Below are positions 34,901-49,500 of a DNA stretch of 64,000 nucleotides, in pieces. Position 1 is the stretch's first letter. Each line of letters opens with the position of its first letter. The stretch is from Malacoraja senta. Taxonomy: Eukaryota. Both the position numbers and the translations under genes were made by a program. Below the pieces are notes generated by a model. That model worked only from the letters and a program-made list of their open reading frames with translations. It did no database searches and was not told the DNA's origin. The DNA lies in NCBI GenBank assembly GCA_038087875.1, contig CM075995.1, positions 1,242,001 through 1,306,000 on the forward strand. The letters are read 5' to 3'.

Positions 34901-37900
34901 CATTGGATGAAAGTGACCACCTTTACCTGACTGCTGACATGTGCACCCCAAAAGGAAAAGGAAGGGGTGCAATGAGAAGCCCAAGTAGTCCAAGAAGTAA
35001 GTGTTATCTGGTTGTACCTTGTGTATTCAATGTTCTGTTTCGGCCATAAATGATAGGAGCAGAATTAGGCCATTCAGCCCATCCAGTCTACTTCATCATT
35101 CAATCATGGCTGATCTATCTCCCTCATAACCCCATTTTCCTCCCTTATCCACATAACCCCTGACACCTGTACTAATCAAGAATCTATCTGTCATTGCTTT
35201 AAAAATATCCATTGACCGACTCTACACCCTTCTGTGGCAAGGAATTCCACAGATTCACCACCCTCTGACTAAAGAAATTCCTGTAATCTTCTTGAAGGAG
35301 CGTCCTTTAATTCTGAGGCTTAGTCATCTCTGACATCCAGTCCTTGACTCTCCCACGAGTGGAAACATCCTCTCCACATCCACTCTGTCCAAGCCTTTCA
35401 CTATTTGGTACTTTTCAATGAGGTGTCGTCGTCGTTTCCCCCCCCCCCCCCCCTCATTCTTCTAAACTCCAGCGAGGACGCGCTCAGCATATGTTAACCC
35501 ACTCATTCCTGGGATCATTCTTGTAAACCTCCTCTGGAGACTCTCCAGGGCCAGCACATCCTTCCTCAAATATGGTGCCCAAAATTGCTGACAATACCAA
35601 TGAGCCTGCACTAGTTTACACGACATTTACTCTAATCACCTTATTTTTTCTTTGTTTTATGTTAACTGATAAATACATAATATTTATGTTTATTTATTGT
35701 TTTTTTTATTGCACTATTATTGTTTGTTGATTTGTTCTCAATATATATTAGAACAAATATAATATATATTTAATATTTGTATATATAATTTAGATTAGGT
35801 TTTCTAGTTTAGAGATGCAGTGCAGAAACAGGCCCTTCAGACCACATGGTCAGTGCCGACCAGCACATTAACACTATCCAACGCACACTGGGGAGAATGT
35901 ATAATTATACCAATTTGTACCTCTTTGGAGTGTGGGAGGAAACTGGAACACTGGGAGAAAACCCATGCAGGTCACGGGGAGAACGTACAAACCCCGTACA
36001 GTCAGGATCGAACCCGGGTCTCTGGCGCTGTAAGGCAACAACTCTACCGCTGTGCCACGGTGCCGCGCCGTCATGCTGGGGATAACAGCGTAAATTTTTA
36101 ACACATTGAATCTGGGGTCAACTTTTGGTTTGGTTGCAGGAGTTTTCCACGAAAAGAGCATGAGGTGCAATATTAAAGTAACTGGGTGGCTCTGCAATTG
36201 CTGTAAACTTGATGGCAGCGGTAAGGAGCATTCTGGCAGATTTCCTGTTTCCACTTTTTAAGCTAAAAAAATCTTTTAATACCTTTATGTCAAACAAATT
36301 TCAGTTTTCAACTTTTGCTTGGTTTTAATGAAACATTGTTTAAATACAAGTTGACATGAGAATTTAGTTTGGAAAGATTATTTGGGTGATTGGAGTTTCT
36401 TGCTGAGCAGTTAAAGTTCAATTATCGAGCCTGCTCTCATGATGTGTTGTGAGCTGTAAAAATATTGTTTTGGATAGGGTTCAGTGCCATTTGCTGACTT
36501 CAATACTAGGGAATGTCACTGACTCCAAATAAATTATTTATTGCATTCAAATGCAATTTTAATTTTGGCCATCTGAAAATGAGTTCTTAGTTGGTCAAAG
36601 ATAGACACAAAACGCTGGAGTAACTCAGCGGCATCAGACGAAATAGATGAGATGTTTCGGGTCGGGACCCTTCAGATTGATCACAGAGGGCTGGCGGGGG
36701 AGAGAACTGGGAGATAAGGAGGGCTGGATGAAACATGGCTGGCAACAAATGCCCGTAGGTGACAGGGTTCCCTGATAGGGAGATTGTTGGATAGAAGCAG
36801 AGATGTGAGCTACAGAAGCCCATAGTTGTGAACTGTAAAGCTTGTTTAGTTTAGAGATACAGCGCGGAAACAGGGCCTTCAGCCCACAGAATCCGCGCCG
36901 ACCAGCAATCCCCGCACACGCACTAGGGACAATTTACACTTACACCAAGCCAATTAACCTACATACCTGTACGTCTTTGGAGTGTGGGAGGAAACCGAAG
37001 ATCTCGGAGAAAATCCATGCAGTCACGGGGAGAACGTAAAACTCTGTACAGGCAGCACCCGTAGTCGGGATCGAACCCGGGTCTTTGGCGCTGCAAGCAC
37101 TGTAAGGCAGCAACTCTACCGCTATGCCACCGTGCCGCACTGTTGAAAGCTTGTTGAAAGACTTTTGGTGGAAGGAGTGGGGGGGGGGGGGGGGTGAAAG
37201 CAACGTGAGGTCAGCCAGGGTGGGGCGGAGAGGGGGGGGGGGGTGTTTGTACAAGTTGCCCGGAATCATACCGTTGAAAGCTACCCGAGCACAATGAGGT
37301 GCCGTTCCTTCAGTTTGTGTGTGGCCTCTCTCTGGCAATGGAGGAGGCCCAGGACTGAAAGGTCAATATGTCAGACTAGGATTTCCAGTAGTCCTTGGCG
37401 GTCCCAGCACAAGCATTCGGCAAAGCACTGAGCCTGCGCATGGCCTCACCGCTGTTCAGGAGCACCACATCGAGGTTGATGAGGGCAGGGATGTAGATGT
37501 TGTGTACATGGATTTTAACAAGGCACATGACACGGTTCCACACGGTCGGCTGCTCTGAGAGGTTGGATCGCATGGGATCCAAGGTGAGATTACTCGCCTT
37601 TATTCAAATTTCAGAAGAGATTTTTGACGTGAAATGTTAACCTTGTTTCTCTTTCCACAGCTGCTAGCTGATTTGCGGAGTATTTCCAGCATCTCAGTTC
37701 ATTTAGATTTCCAGCAGCTGCAGTCTTCTTCAGTTTGGAAAACTAACGTTGTTTTCCTTCCTAATTACTGTACCCTGTAGGTTAACCTTCAGTTATTTGC
37801 AGACAAGGACACTAAATCTCTAAACACTCTAAATGTCTTGTCATTAAAAGAAAATACTTGGCTTTTTTTTTTAAAATACAAAGGACCAGCCCTTCAGCCC

Positions 37901-40900
37901 ACAATAACATGATGCCAAGACTAGCTCTTACCTGCCTGCACATAATCCCTCTGTTCCCCATATATACATGTGCCTATCCAAAAGTGTCATCAAATGCTGC
38001 TTTTGTATCTGCCTTTTAATTATTCTGTTTTCGGGATATGATAATAAAACACTCTTGATTCTACTCGACCACCAACCCTGGCAGCACATTCTAGGCACTT
38101 GCCACCCTCAAGAATCTATCTGTCTCTGCCTTAAATATATCTATTGACTTGGCCTCCACAGCCTTCAGTGGTAAAAAGTAAAACTTGTCCCGTATAACTC
38201 CTTTAAACTTTGCCCCTCTCACCTTAAAGATATGCCTCTAGTGTTTGATTTTTGGGGGGAAAGGTTCTGACTCTTCTACTAAAATACCTCATTGTTTTAT
38301 ATTCTTCCATCAGGTCTTCCCGCAACGTCTAGCGTTCCAGAGAAAACAATCCAAGACTGTCCGACCTCTCCCAGTAGCTAATACCCACTAATCCAGTCGA
38401 CATTCTGATAAACCATTTCTGCACCGTTTGCAAGGCATCCAGATCCTCTCTGTAATGGGACAACCACAGCTGCATGCAGAACCCCAAATATGGTTTAAAC
38501 ACAGATAGACACAAAATGCTGGAGTAACTCAGTGGGACAGGCAGCATCTCTGGAGGGAAGGAATGGGTGACGTTTCGGGTCGAGACCCTTTAGACCCGAA
38601 ACGCCACCCAATTCTTAAGGGATTGGACAGGCTAGATGCAGGAAAAATGTTCCCGAATGTTGGGGGAGTCCAGAACCAGGGGTCACAGTTTAAGAATAAG
38701 GAGTAGGCCATTTAGGATTGAGATGAGGAAAAACGTTTTTACCCAGAGAGTTGTGATTCTGTGGAATTCTCTGCCACAGAAGGCAGTGGAGGCCAATTCA
38801 CTGGATGTCTTCAAGAGAGAGTTAGATATAGCTATTATGGCTAATGGAATCAAAGGATATGGGGAAAAAGCAGGAACCGGGTACTGATTTTGGATGATCA
38901 GCCATGATCACAAGGTTAATTCCCGGGATGGCGGGACTGTCATATGCTGAGAGAATGGAGCAGCTGGGCTTGTACACTCTGGAGTTTAGAAGATGAGAGG
39001 GAATCTCATTGAAACATATAAGATTGTTAAGGGCTTGGACAGGAAATATGTTTCCTGATGTTGGGGGAGTCCAGAACCAGGGGCCACAGTTTAAGAAAAA
39101 GGAGTAAGCAATTTAGAACCGAGACGAGGAAACACCTTTTCTCACAGAGTGGTGAGTCTGTGGAATTCTCTGTATGGCGGTGCTGGCTCGAAGGCCGAAT
39201 GGTCTACGGCATCTATTTTCTATGTTTCTATGGACCCCAAGATCCCATCTTTTATCCTATTTTTTTATGTAAAGCAGATGACTTTGCATTTTCCTACATT
39301 GCATTCCATCTGCCATGTCCTTGTCTCATTCACGCAGTCCCTCGCTGGCCACTTGCAGCGTCTTGGCAGGCCTGCGTTGCTGCAGAGCAATGCAAGTTCG
39401 CAGTTCTCCAAATGTCCATTAGTTTGTGTCGATTGCGAGCAGTGGAGGTGCCAATCTGATCCCTGTGGCACTTGCATTAGTTACAGCCACCCAAACTGAA
39501 AATGTTCCTATTTTTTGTTTTCTCTACTATCATAAGATCAGAAGTGATAGGTGCAGAATTGGGCCATTCAACCCATCAATTCTACTCTGCCATTCAATCA
39601 TGGCTGATCTATCTCTCCCTCCTAACCCCATTTTCCTGCTTGCTCCCCATATAATCTCTGACACCTGTACTAATCAAGAATCTATCTCTCTGCCTTAAGT
39701 ATATCCATATATCTCAAAGAATTCCACAGATTCACTACTCTCTGACTAAAGTAATTCCTCCTCATGTCCTTCCTAAAAGAACATCCTCTAATTCTGAGGC
39801 TATGACCTCTCGTCTTAGACTCTCCCACTAGTGGAAACATCCTCTCCATTACGTTCTATGTTTACCAATATATTTGAGTTTAGTTTTATAGTTTAGAGGT
39901 ACAGGGCGGAAACAGGCCCTTCGGCCCACGAGTCCGCGCCGACTCGCGATCCCCGCACTGTACTGCACACCAGGGACCATTTACAATTGCCTCCGAAGCC
40001 AATTAACCTCCAAACCTGTACGTCTTTGGAATGTGGGAGGAAACTGGAGCACCCGGAGAAAACCCACGCGATCCCGAAGAAAACGTACAAATTCCGTACA
40101 GACTGCACTAGTGGTCAGGATCGAACCGTGGACTCTGGCGCTGCAAGGCAGCAACTTTACCTCTGTGCCACCATTCCGCCCTTATATTGAATTTTGTTTC
40201 TTTTTTGTTTTTTTATGGGTTTTATAGAGTACAATGTTTACATATCGGTTGTGCTACTGCAAGTAAGAATTTCATTGTTCTGTTTCCGAACAAATGGCAA
40301 TAAAGCACTCTTGACTCTTAACTTATTTTGGGCCTCCTTAAAGTCTAAATGAGCCGTATTTACTGATTCCTCTAGCCTATTCTGCTAGTTTCAAGGAAAA
40401 AATCGAATCTATTGTCAAACATCATTTCCTATTCATTATTCCATGTTGACTTTGCCCAGCCTTCTGATTTTATTGGTTTTCTGTGCAAAGATATTAGACG
40501 ATGATTATCTTTATTTGCCAGTGGCTGGCTATTGGTATGTATGTTTAGTGCCGTTTCAGACCATGTTATTTTTCCAGCAATCAATCCAGTTTAAATTCTT
40601 GTAAGCTATTGTTGAAGACCATAACGTCGATACTTGAAAGATGAAATAACAAATCCAGTCAGGTATCTAGGTTCCTTGTTTGTCAACTGCCTCTTGAAAC
40701 TTTGTCTAGAACTTCGTGTCCACTATTCTCATGTTAATTGATATTGTGTTAATGAATGTTTGTCTCCTTGTCCATATAAATTGGATGATATGACACGCTG
40801 AGGTTGCTGATTTAAGATTGGTTGTCTCCATTTTATCTTGCTAAGGCCAAAAATGTGCCGGTATTTGTTAAAGCAAAGATTCAAGCAAATGCATTAAGGA

Positions 40901-43900
40901 AAAAAAAGCCATGTTTTGTAATCTTCAGCCCATCTGAATCCGCTGCTCTGATTAGAATGTCTGTGGTAATTGAGAATTTAATGCATTTTCCTATTTCCAT
41001 TCATGGGATTATGCACAGATTGTGTTTGAGCGGGAGTTGCAAACTAAGGCCAGCTTGGTTACCAAATGGAGTGCACCTGTTTTTGGTTTGGGGACCTATA
41101 GTGGATTGTGTAAGTTGGCATTGCAGTGAGGTAGTTTATTCAGTATCAAGCTTGTACTGTTAGTTGATATTATGGAGACCTCAAGTACAAGGAAGTCACT
41201 TGTCTCGCTCTGCCTGTCCAAAGTTGAGGATGAACTATCTAAGTACCGGCAATCACTAGTTCTTTGTTTATATCACTGATATTTTCTTTGACATTTTTTT
41301 ATTAAATTCCCTTTTTCAAAGATACAGTTGCATTTGTTTCCTCTGCTTGTCAGCAAAGCATTCCAGGTCATCCTAACACATTGAGTTAATCTTTCTTTCA
41401 TCTCAGCAGTTGGCCAGTTATCTTGTTTGTGTGTTGAATCCTGGGTGACCAGAAGCTGTTTCTTGTTCAAGCTTCTACCAGTGATAGATTTTGACTGCTT
41501 TTAGATCTCCTTTTTATCTTTTTCTCTTTAGTTTAGTTGAGAGATTTGGCGCAGAAACAGGCCCTTTGGCCCACCAAGTCTAGCGCCGACCAGCGATCCC
41601 CGCACACTAACACTATCCTACACATGCTAAGGACAATTTACAATTGCACTAGGCCAATTGGCCTGCAAGCCTGTACATCTTTGAAGTGTGGGAGGAAGCT
41701 GGAGATCCCACTGGAAAACCCACGCAGGTCACAGGGAGAAAGTGCAGACAGCACCCATAGTCGGGATCGAATCTGAGTCTCTGGTGCTGTAAGGCCACAA
41801 CTCTAATGTTTACGCCACCGTGCCGTGTTATGGAGCGTGATTCCAGCCTAACGAGTGTGGCCACATAATGTGGGTCTCTTGTCCTTGGCACCATTGAAAT
41901 ATATTTAACTGGATCAATTTATCCTTTCAAAGATCTACAAAACAACTATGCAACCTTTCAAGCTATTCCTATATCCCTCATTTTTCTATTTTTTGCATGG
42001 TATTTTCACTCCCCAGTACCAAATTTAATCTCTCCACCCTTAGTACGTGTTAATGTTCAGTTATATGTTATTGTCAGACTATGACATTTTATATTATCCA
42101 TCCAAGGTCAGGTCATTTAGTACATGTAGAGTAGAACAATACTGCCCCCTAGGGGACAACGCTGACACTTTCCTTGATGGTTTGCAACGTCTCAACCCAA
42201 GATCCCTTTGCCTCCACAGATGCTGCTTGAACCACTGAGTGCTTCCAGCAGGTTTTTTTTTGCTCCAGATTCTAGCAAATACAGTCTATTGCCTTCCTCC
42301 ATTCTCATCTACGCCAAATTTTCCATCCATGATGGCAAACTGCCTCAATCTCATGAGCAGACACTGGAGGGAAGGAATGGGTGACGTTTTGGGTCGAGAC
42401 CCTTCTTCAGACTGATCAATCTCATGAGTTTCAGCGAATGTCTATTCATCAAAGTCTACGTGCAACATCAATAGTACAGCCAAATTAAAACAACTGGAGA
42501 CAGGCACAAGATGCTGGTAGACAAAAGTGCTGGAGAAACTCAGCGGGTGCGGCAGCATCTATGGAGTGAAGGAAATAGGCAATATTACGGGCCGAAACCC
42601 TTCTTCAGACTGAAGTGATGCTGGAGTAACTTGGCGGATCAGGTAGCATCCCTGGAGAAAATAATACGTGAAGTCCGAAGTCTGAAGAAGGGTCCCAACC
42701 CAAAACATCGCCTCTTTTTTTCTCTAGAGATGCTGCCTGACCCGCTGAGTCACTCCAGCATTTTGTGTCTATCTTTGGTATAAACCAGCATTTAAATTTC
42801 CTTCCTATGCAGATGCTGGAGATGTGAAGTTAGTTTAGTTTAGTTTAGGGATGCAGCGCGGAAACAGGCCCTTCGGCCCACCGAGTCTGCACCGAGCAGC
42901 GATCCCCGCACATTAACACTAGCCTACACCCACATCGGGGACAATTTTTACACTTATAACAAACCAATTAACTGACAAACCTGTATGTCTTTGGAGTGTG
43001 GGAGGAAACCGAAGATCTCTGAGAAAACCCACGTGGTCACGGGAAGAACGTACAGACAGCACCCGTAGTCGGGTTCGAACCCGGGTCTGGTGCAGCTCTA
43101 CCGCTGCGCCACTGTGCCGGCCTTAAAACAGGGGAATGTTAAAACACTCTTCAGGCCAAGTGTATCTGTGGCAAAGAAAGCAGAGTAAGAATAGCAAGAA
43201 AGCAGTTCTTGCTATTGAGGGAGTGCAGCGTAGGTTTACAAGGTTAATTCCCGGGATGGCGGGACTGTCATATGCTGAGAGAATGGAGCAGCTGGGCTTG
43301 TACACTCTGGAGTTTAGAAGGATGAGAGGGGATCTCATTGAAACATAAGATTGTTAAGGGCTTGGACACGCTGGAGGCAGGAAACATGTTCCCGATGTTG
43401 GGGAAGTCCAGAACCAGGGGCCACAGTTTAAGAATGAGGAGTAAGCCATTTAGAACGGAGACGAGGAAACACTTTTTCTCACAGAGTGGTGAGTCTGTGG
43501 AATTCTCTGCCTGTTATATTCCGGACAGCAGAATGAACAATAACTTACACGCAGGTTGGCTGGATCACAAGAGAGTTTTATTACCCAACATTCCCTACTT
43601 ATATACGAATCCAACTCATTAGCATATAATGAATATGCATGAATACATTACACTGCTCTCCCTTTTTTTAAGTATTAAATCTAAGTACACAGTTACAATT
43701 TTCTTGTTATGATACTTGATTTAAACCAGTGTTCATTAAATTTTAAATGATAACACAATATATTTATTTTACCTATTTACACATTTTCATTCTACCTAGA
43801 CAGTGAGTTACTTAACTTAAAAAACTAATCTGACTACTGGTTTACGGATCCTGCCTGATCGTCTAACAGTAACGGGTGTAAGTCAGCGGACAACGTCGCC

Positions 43901-46464
43901 CTCACCCTGATGGTCACCTTTGTGTGTTGCTGCATCAGGCGGAGTGTAGAACCAAGGCACGTGGGCACCAAGTGTCACTACCTGCTGAGGTTCTACCTGT
44001 ACCCGGTATTACGAAGGATGGGCCTGGCACAGATGCCACGCAATGTGCCAGTCAGCTGGACATTGCCACCCCATCTGTCGTCTGTGGAAAGGTTCTTCCG
44101 GACCAACACCTTTGATCACATGTCCATTGGGCAGTGGTCAGCACAGAATGTCCTGCAGGCACTGCAGGTAAAGGACTCGATGGATCCGGTGGCGTGGTTC
44201 CCAGAGCAGACTGCCCAGCTTGTCTGGCAAAATGCCTCATCGCCAGAACTCACCAACAAGCACCAAGACCTGGCTTGGCTGGCGGTGAGGGGAGCCCTCC
44301 CAGTCAGATCCTTCCTGCACCGTCGGAACCTCACTGCCAGCACACGCTGCCCTCGGGACGGCTGCTATGGAGAGGAGACGGTTGCCCACCTCTTTGCAGA
44401 GTGTGGATTTGCAAAAAGAGTCTGGAGAAGTATGCAAGGGTCCCTGGAACGGTTTATCCCGAACAGCTCCGTCACAGTGGACTCTGTGATTTACGGACTG
44501 TTCCCAGGGACACAGAGACTGACATCGAGTGCTGCTGGAGGGTCATCAACTCGGTGAAAGATGCTCTTTGGGCTGCCCGAGCGTTGTTCACCACCCAGCA
44601 GAGCGAGATGTCCGTCAGGGAATGTTGCCGACTGGCCCGCTGCAGACTGCGGGAGTACGTGCTGAGGGACGCACTGAAGCTCGGTGCAGCCAACGCCAAG
44701 GCTCGGTGGGGGAGGGCCACAGTCTAGGGTCCTTCCGCTGCTGGACATGGGGGGCACGGTATGTTGGAGACGCCCCTCAAAATAAGGGAAGGTATCCCAC
44801 GCCAGGGGGCCACATGAGTGGCACGGGTGGGGGACGGATCTGTGGAATTGGTAAAAAAATGTATTAACTGCATTGGACAATTTGGATAGCCTCCGAAAAT
44901 GTCGGATGAATTTTTCGCATGGTTCACGTATTGTATATATTTATTACTTGAATAAAGTCTATTTTGAAATTTAAAATAGTTTGGGTGTTGACTCAACTGT
45001 AGGCTTGTTTGGCTCTGTTTTAGTACTCTGACTTTGACCAGAGGAATCTGTTTCTTTGTCTGTACTGACTGAACTTTGTGTTTCAATCACAGTTGGCTCT
45101 TCCAACTCACTATCCGATAAAGACTCGGGGATTAGGACTTCATGTTCAGTTTTTGGTTCATCTTTGGCTGGTTCTCTGGATGCTTTCAAGAGAGAGCTAG
45201 ATACGGCTCTTAAAAATAGACAGTCAGGGGTTATGGGGAGAAGGCAGGAACGGGGTACTGATTGGGGATGATCAGCCATGATCACATTGAATGGTGGTGC
45301 TGGCTCGAAGGGCCTAATGGCCTACTCCTGCACCTATTGTCTATTGTCTTTTGTCTATTGTAAACATTTGGATGAAAGACAGAAGAGAAAAGAGTGAAAT
45401 TCTTTGTTTGTATATCATGCCAAGGTATGCAACAGTTGCCCATGAAGGGCACTTGCATAGTTACAAATTCCCCCTCCTTCACAGCTGTCCCCCCACGCCG
45501 GCTCCTCCATTGTCCATCGTTCTTCATAGCCGTCCCCCCCCCCCCCCCACGCTGGGTCCTCATTGCTCCTCCCCGCCCCCCACTGCAGTTCCCCCACGCC
45601 GGGTCCTCCTTTGTTCCTTCTCTCGGCAGCGGCGTCCTCACTTCCACGTGTCTGTCGGTCGGCGCCATCATCGACCGCCGCACCAACCTCTCCGCTGACG
45701 CCGCCGGGTCCTCTCATCAGGCCTCCGTGGCGCCGCGTCAGGCGAGGGCTCCGCAGGCCGCTTCTGAAGGATCCTGACCTGAATGTACGTCTGTCCATTC
45801 CCTCCATGGATGCTGCTTGACCCGCTGAGTTCCTCCAGTGCTTTAATTTTTGCTTTTATCTTTCCCAGTTTTTAACGGCCTTTGGTCTTAAGCAGTGTAT
45901 AGAAACCACCTAACCTGAGCATTTATTTTCATATCTACTGCCCCTCCCTCTTAAGACTTCCACATTATTTCATCGAAGAACATAATCAATGGCATAGGGA
46001 CTTCTTTGTACTTGAGAGAATAGAGCCACAGTTTTTTTTTAATGTTTAAAAAGATGAATTGAGTACATCTGTTCTCTGAGACAGGCTGAACAGCTCTTTC
46101 TTTAATGTGGTGATGTGAAATACCACTGATTTAACATTCAACCAGGGCAGTGCTGGTACATTCTGTACTCGACACCGTTAAAATGTTCATGCAAGTACAT
46201 GGATATTTCATTGAGATTGGCCTCGTGTTTCTAACAGTCCAAAATTTACAATCAAAAGATTGTATGTTGGTAGTGCACAATTTCTAGGATAAATAATAGC
46301 AAATAAAAATGTTTCATGTACTGAAATGTCTATCCAGGTCTATATACACATGTTCGCGCTCACTATTTGTTTTGTCTTTTGTGTGTGTATGTGCGTGCGC
46401 ATATATATATTTCATATAGATGTGTGTGTGCATGTGTTTATGTATATGTGTGTGTGTATATGTA

Positions 46465-46515
<51 letters not shown>

Positions 46516-46524
46516 GTGTGTGTG

Positions 46525-46566
<42 letters not shown>

Positions 46567-49500
46567 CGCACATGCATACACATAAACAATAATAATGCAA
46601 AAATAATTCAGTATATTAAAAAAGTGATGTTTTCATTTATTATATTGCTTTTACTTCTGACATGTTTGCAAGAGTAGAAATATTTCCATAACTAAATACT
46701 GACCTCTTTCACTCTTCTGATAGGAAAAGGTATGGTTATGAAATCTTAAATCGTAAATCATAGATGGATGGTCAATGTTATACATTACATTTTTCGTGTC
46801 TTCTGGGGAAAATGTTGCTCAGATGTATTGAATTGCAATTTGTCTAATGTTTGTTTATATTTGGGGCTTGTCCCTTGTTGGTGTAAGCCCCATGAGTAAA
46901 CCGAAATTCTTCCATACCAACCCATCTACCACTCAAACATAACTTCATCCTTGCAGGCAATTTACTTTAGACTTTAGAGATAACAGCGCAGAAACAGGCC
47001 CTTTGGCCCACCGAGTCCGTGCCGACCAGCGATCATCCCCTAACTAACCTACACACACTTGGGACAATTTTACAACGTACCAAAGCCAATTAACCTACGT
47101 CTTTGGAATGTGGGAGGTAACGGGCGCACCCAGAGAAAACCCACAAGCTCATAGGGAACACGCACAAACTCCACATAGACAGTACCCACAGTCAGGCTCG
47201 AACATTGGTCTCAGGCGCTGCCCCCATTTTAAGCGTTTTTACTGTGAGTTTGCTGTTATCACATTGAAGTCTGATAAATAAGGCTTTTGAGGTAGGTTAA
47301 CTAATATCAGTTACGAATGGGCAGTTGCTATGTACAAGGCACCTTGTTCGAAGACAGAGCGACAAAGTTTGAGAGCGACAATGTTTAAGTTTGCATTTCA
47401 CATGGTGCACGTCAGTGATGGTTTGCAATTCCTTCCTCACCACAGCTCCCAGGTCCCCATCAGAGAAGACTCGCTACAATACCTCGCTCGTCCCCCTCAC
47501 AAAGAACGTCGTTCAGCTCTTGGGTCAATCACCAGATGGCGTGCTGGATTTGAACAGGGCTGCCGAGGTCTTAAACGTGCCGAAGCGAAGAATCTACGAC
47601 ATTACAAACGTGTTGGAGGGTATTCACCTCATTGAAAAGAAATCCAAAAATAACGTTCAGTGGATGTAAGTTCTCTCTTTAATTTCTGTTGCCGCACAGT
47701 TTTCTAAATAACCTGGATATTTGCAGTGACTGAAGTTGAATTTTAATAACGCCAGCTTAGTTTATTGTCACGTGTACCAGCGTACAGTGACAAGCTTTTA
47801 TTGCGTGCTAACCAGTACGCAAAGAGTAATTGTAATTGGAGTAATGACAATCTATCTTGTTTTTGTTTTTTCATGTTACCAAACTCTCATGGGTTATTGC
47901 CACCATTGTTTCTTGTCCATTCTTAATTGCTCCTAAACGTAGAAGGCAGCTGAGAGTTGACCACTGCTCTGCGTCTGGACTTGCTTGTAGGTCAGGCAGG
48001 ATAAAGTTGGCAGAGATCCTTCCTTCTCTGTAGAACATTTTTTTTAGGTCAATATAGTGATTGCACTTGGTGTTAAATTTGCAGATACATTTGCAAAACT
48101 AGAAGATATGAGATTCCTCTTAGCAGGTAAACCAGACCAATTCCAAAAGATTTGGTCTCCATTTATCGACTTATTACAAACATAGGGTGCAACAAAATGT
48201 TGATAATAAATGGTTTCAGGACCTGGCGAGGGGTGAGTAAAGATATGAAGTAGGTACATCCCTTTCATATTGTCCTACCTTATCTTATGCTTTCTTTTTT
48301 CTTTTCCCTCCTTTTGGTTTTTCTCTTTCTTTCTTTTTTTTTCTCTAACTATTTCTTGTGGTTTAGGTCCATATGGGTGTTCCTGGACCACTCTTTCAAT
48401 CACTCACTATCTTTACTAACTCTTTCTATCCTTTTTTCTTATTAAAGTTTAAAATAAGTGGTACAAGAAAAGTATAAACTTACGTTATTGCAGATTATTG
48501 TAATGTACAATACTTCTAATAAAATAAAAAATAAAAAAACATTTGCAAAACTTCATTATCAGTTTAGTGGTAGACAAAAATGCTGGAGAAACTCAGCGGG
48601 TCAGGCAGCATCTATAGAGCGAAGGAAATAGGCAACGTTTCGGGTCGAAACCCTTCTTCAGACTTCCTCCCTACTTATGTTCAACGTTCCCCAGCCCCGC
48701 ACGGCCCGATTTTACCTTCTCCCCAAAATCCACAAACCTGACTGTCCTGGCAGACCCATTGTTTCTGGCTGTTTGTGTCCTACCGAACCTATTACCACAT
48801 ACCTCGACTCCATCCTATCCCCCCCCCCCCCCCCCCCCCATGGTTAAATCCCTCCCTACCTATGTTCAATCCTTCTTATTCATTATCAGTTTTGCTGGAC
48901 GAACACAGCCTTGGGGGTGGGGTGGTCTCATAACTCTATTGGAACGCATCTACTACCTCCGGCCGGTCTGGAATTCCAGAGCCCCTGTGCACGTGGCAAA
49001 TTTGACCCGCTGATCACCGCGGAAATCCTGATGAGGTGGAGATTGGCCACCTTACCCGGCCTTGGTGCTGTGTTTTTGGAGAAACTTCCAGGGGGGATTG
49101 CACGTGCAATAATTTTTGATTGCATGATTTTTTTTCCAGATTAAAAGAGGTTCCGGATCACCAGTTGCTGGAAAATCGGAGGCGGACCTGTATTAATCAT
49201 GTTGCTGTGTAACGTCCCTTTTTTTCCTTTAGCTAATATTAATATTCAATTTCCTTTATTTTAACTTCTGCCTTTTTATCTGGTTATTAATTAATTTCAA
49301 GCCCGAGTGGATTGAGTGCTCAGTTGCTCAGCTCTTCACAACGCAATGGTCTTATAATGAAACACTCATGTCAACAGTTGGGATGGGAGAGGATTTAAAA
49401 CAAATAACTTTGTTGTCTCTTTGTAATTCAAGGTGCAATAATCTTGCCGTAGTTTTGTACTATCGGGCAAATCTTCCGTGTGTGTCTTTGTTTGTGCTGG

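Larger units (their letters stand above)
43205..45347 (+). mobile_element. CR1 3' fragment split into 43205-43511 and 45166-45347 by nested insertions
   Basis: Breaks at ggaattctctgcc and resumes at ggctggttctctggatgc. Confidence 0.8.

Noticed and set aside
40400..41500. Repeat-free intronic stretch as possible enhancer or hidden exon
   Set aside because: No evidence without cross-species alignment; the ORFs look random.
46314..46677. Several ORFs of YI/CV/HT repeats
   Set aside because: Microsatellite translations.
49022..49053. CTGATGAG hammerhead-like core
   Set aside because: No correctly placed GAAA or stems I/III.
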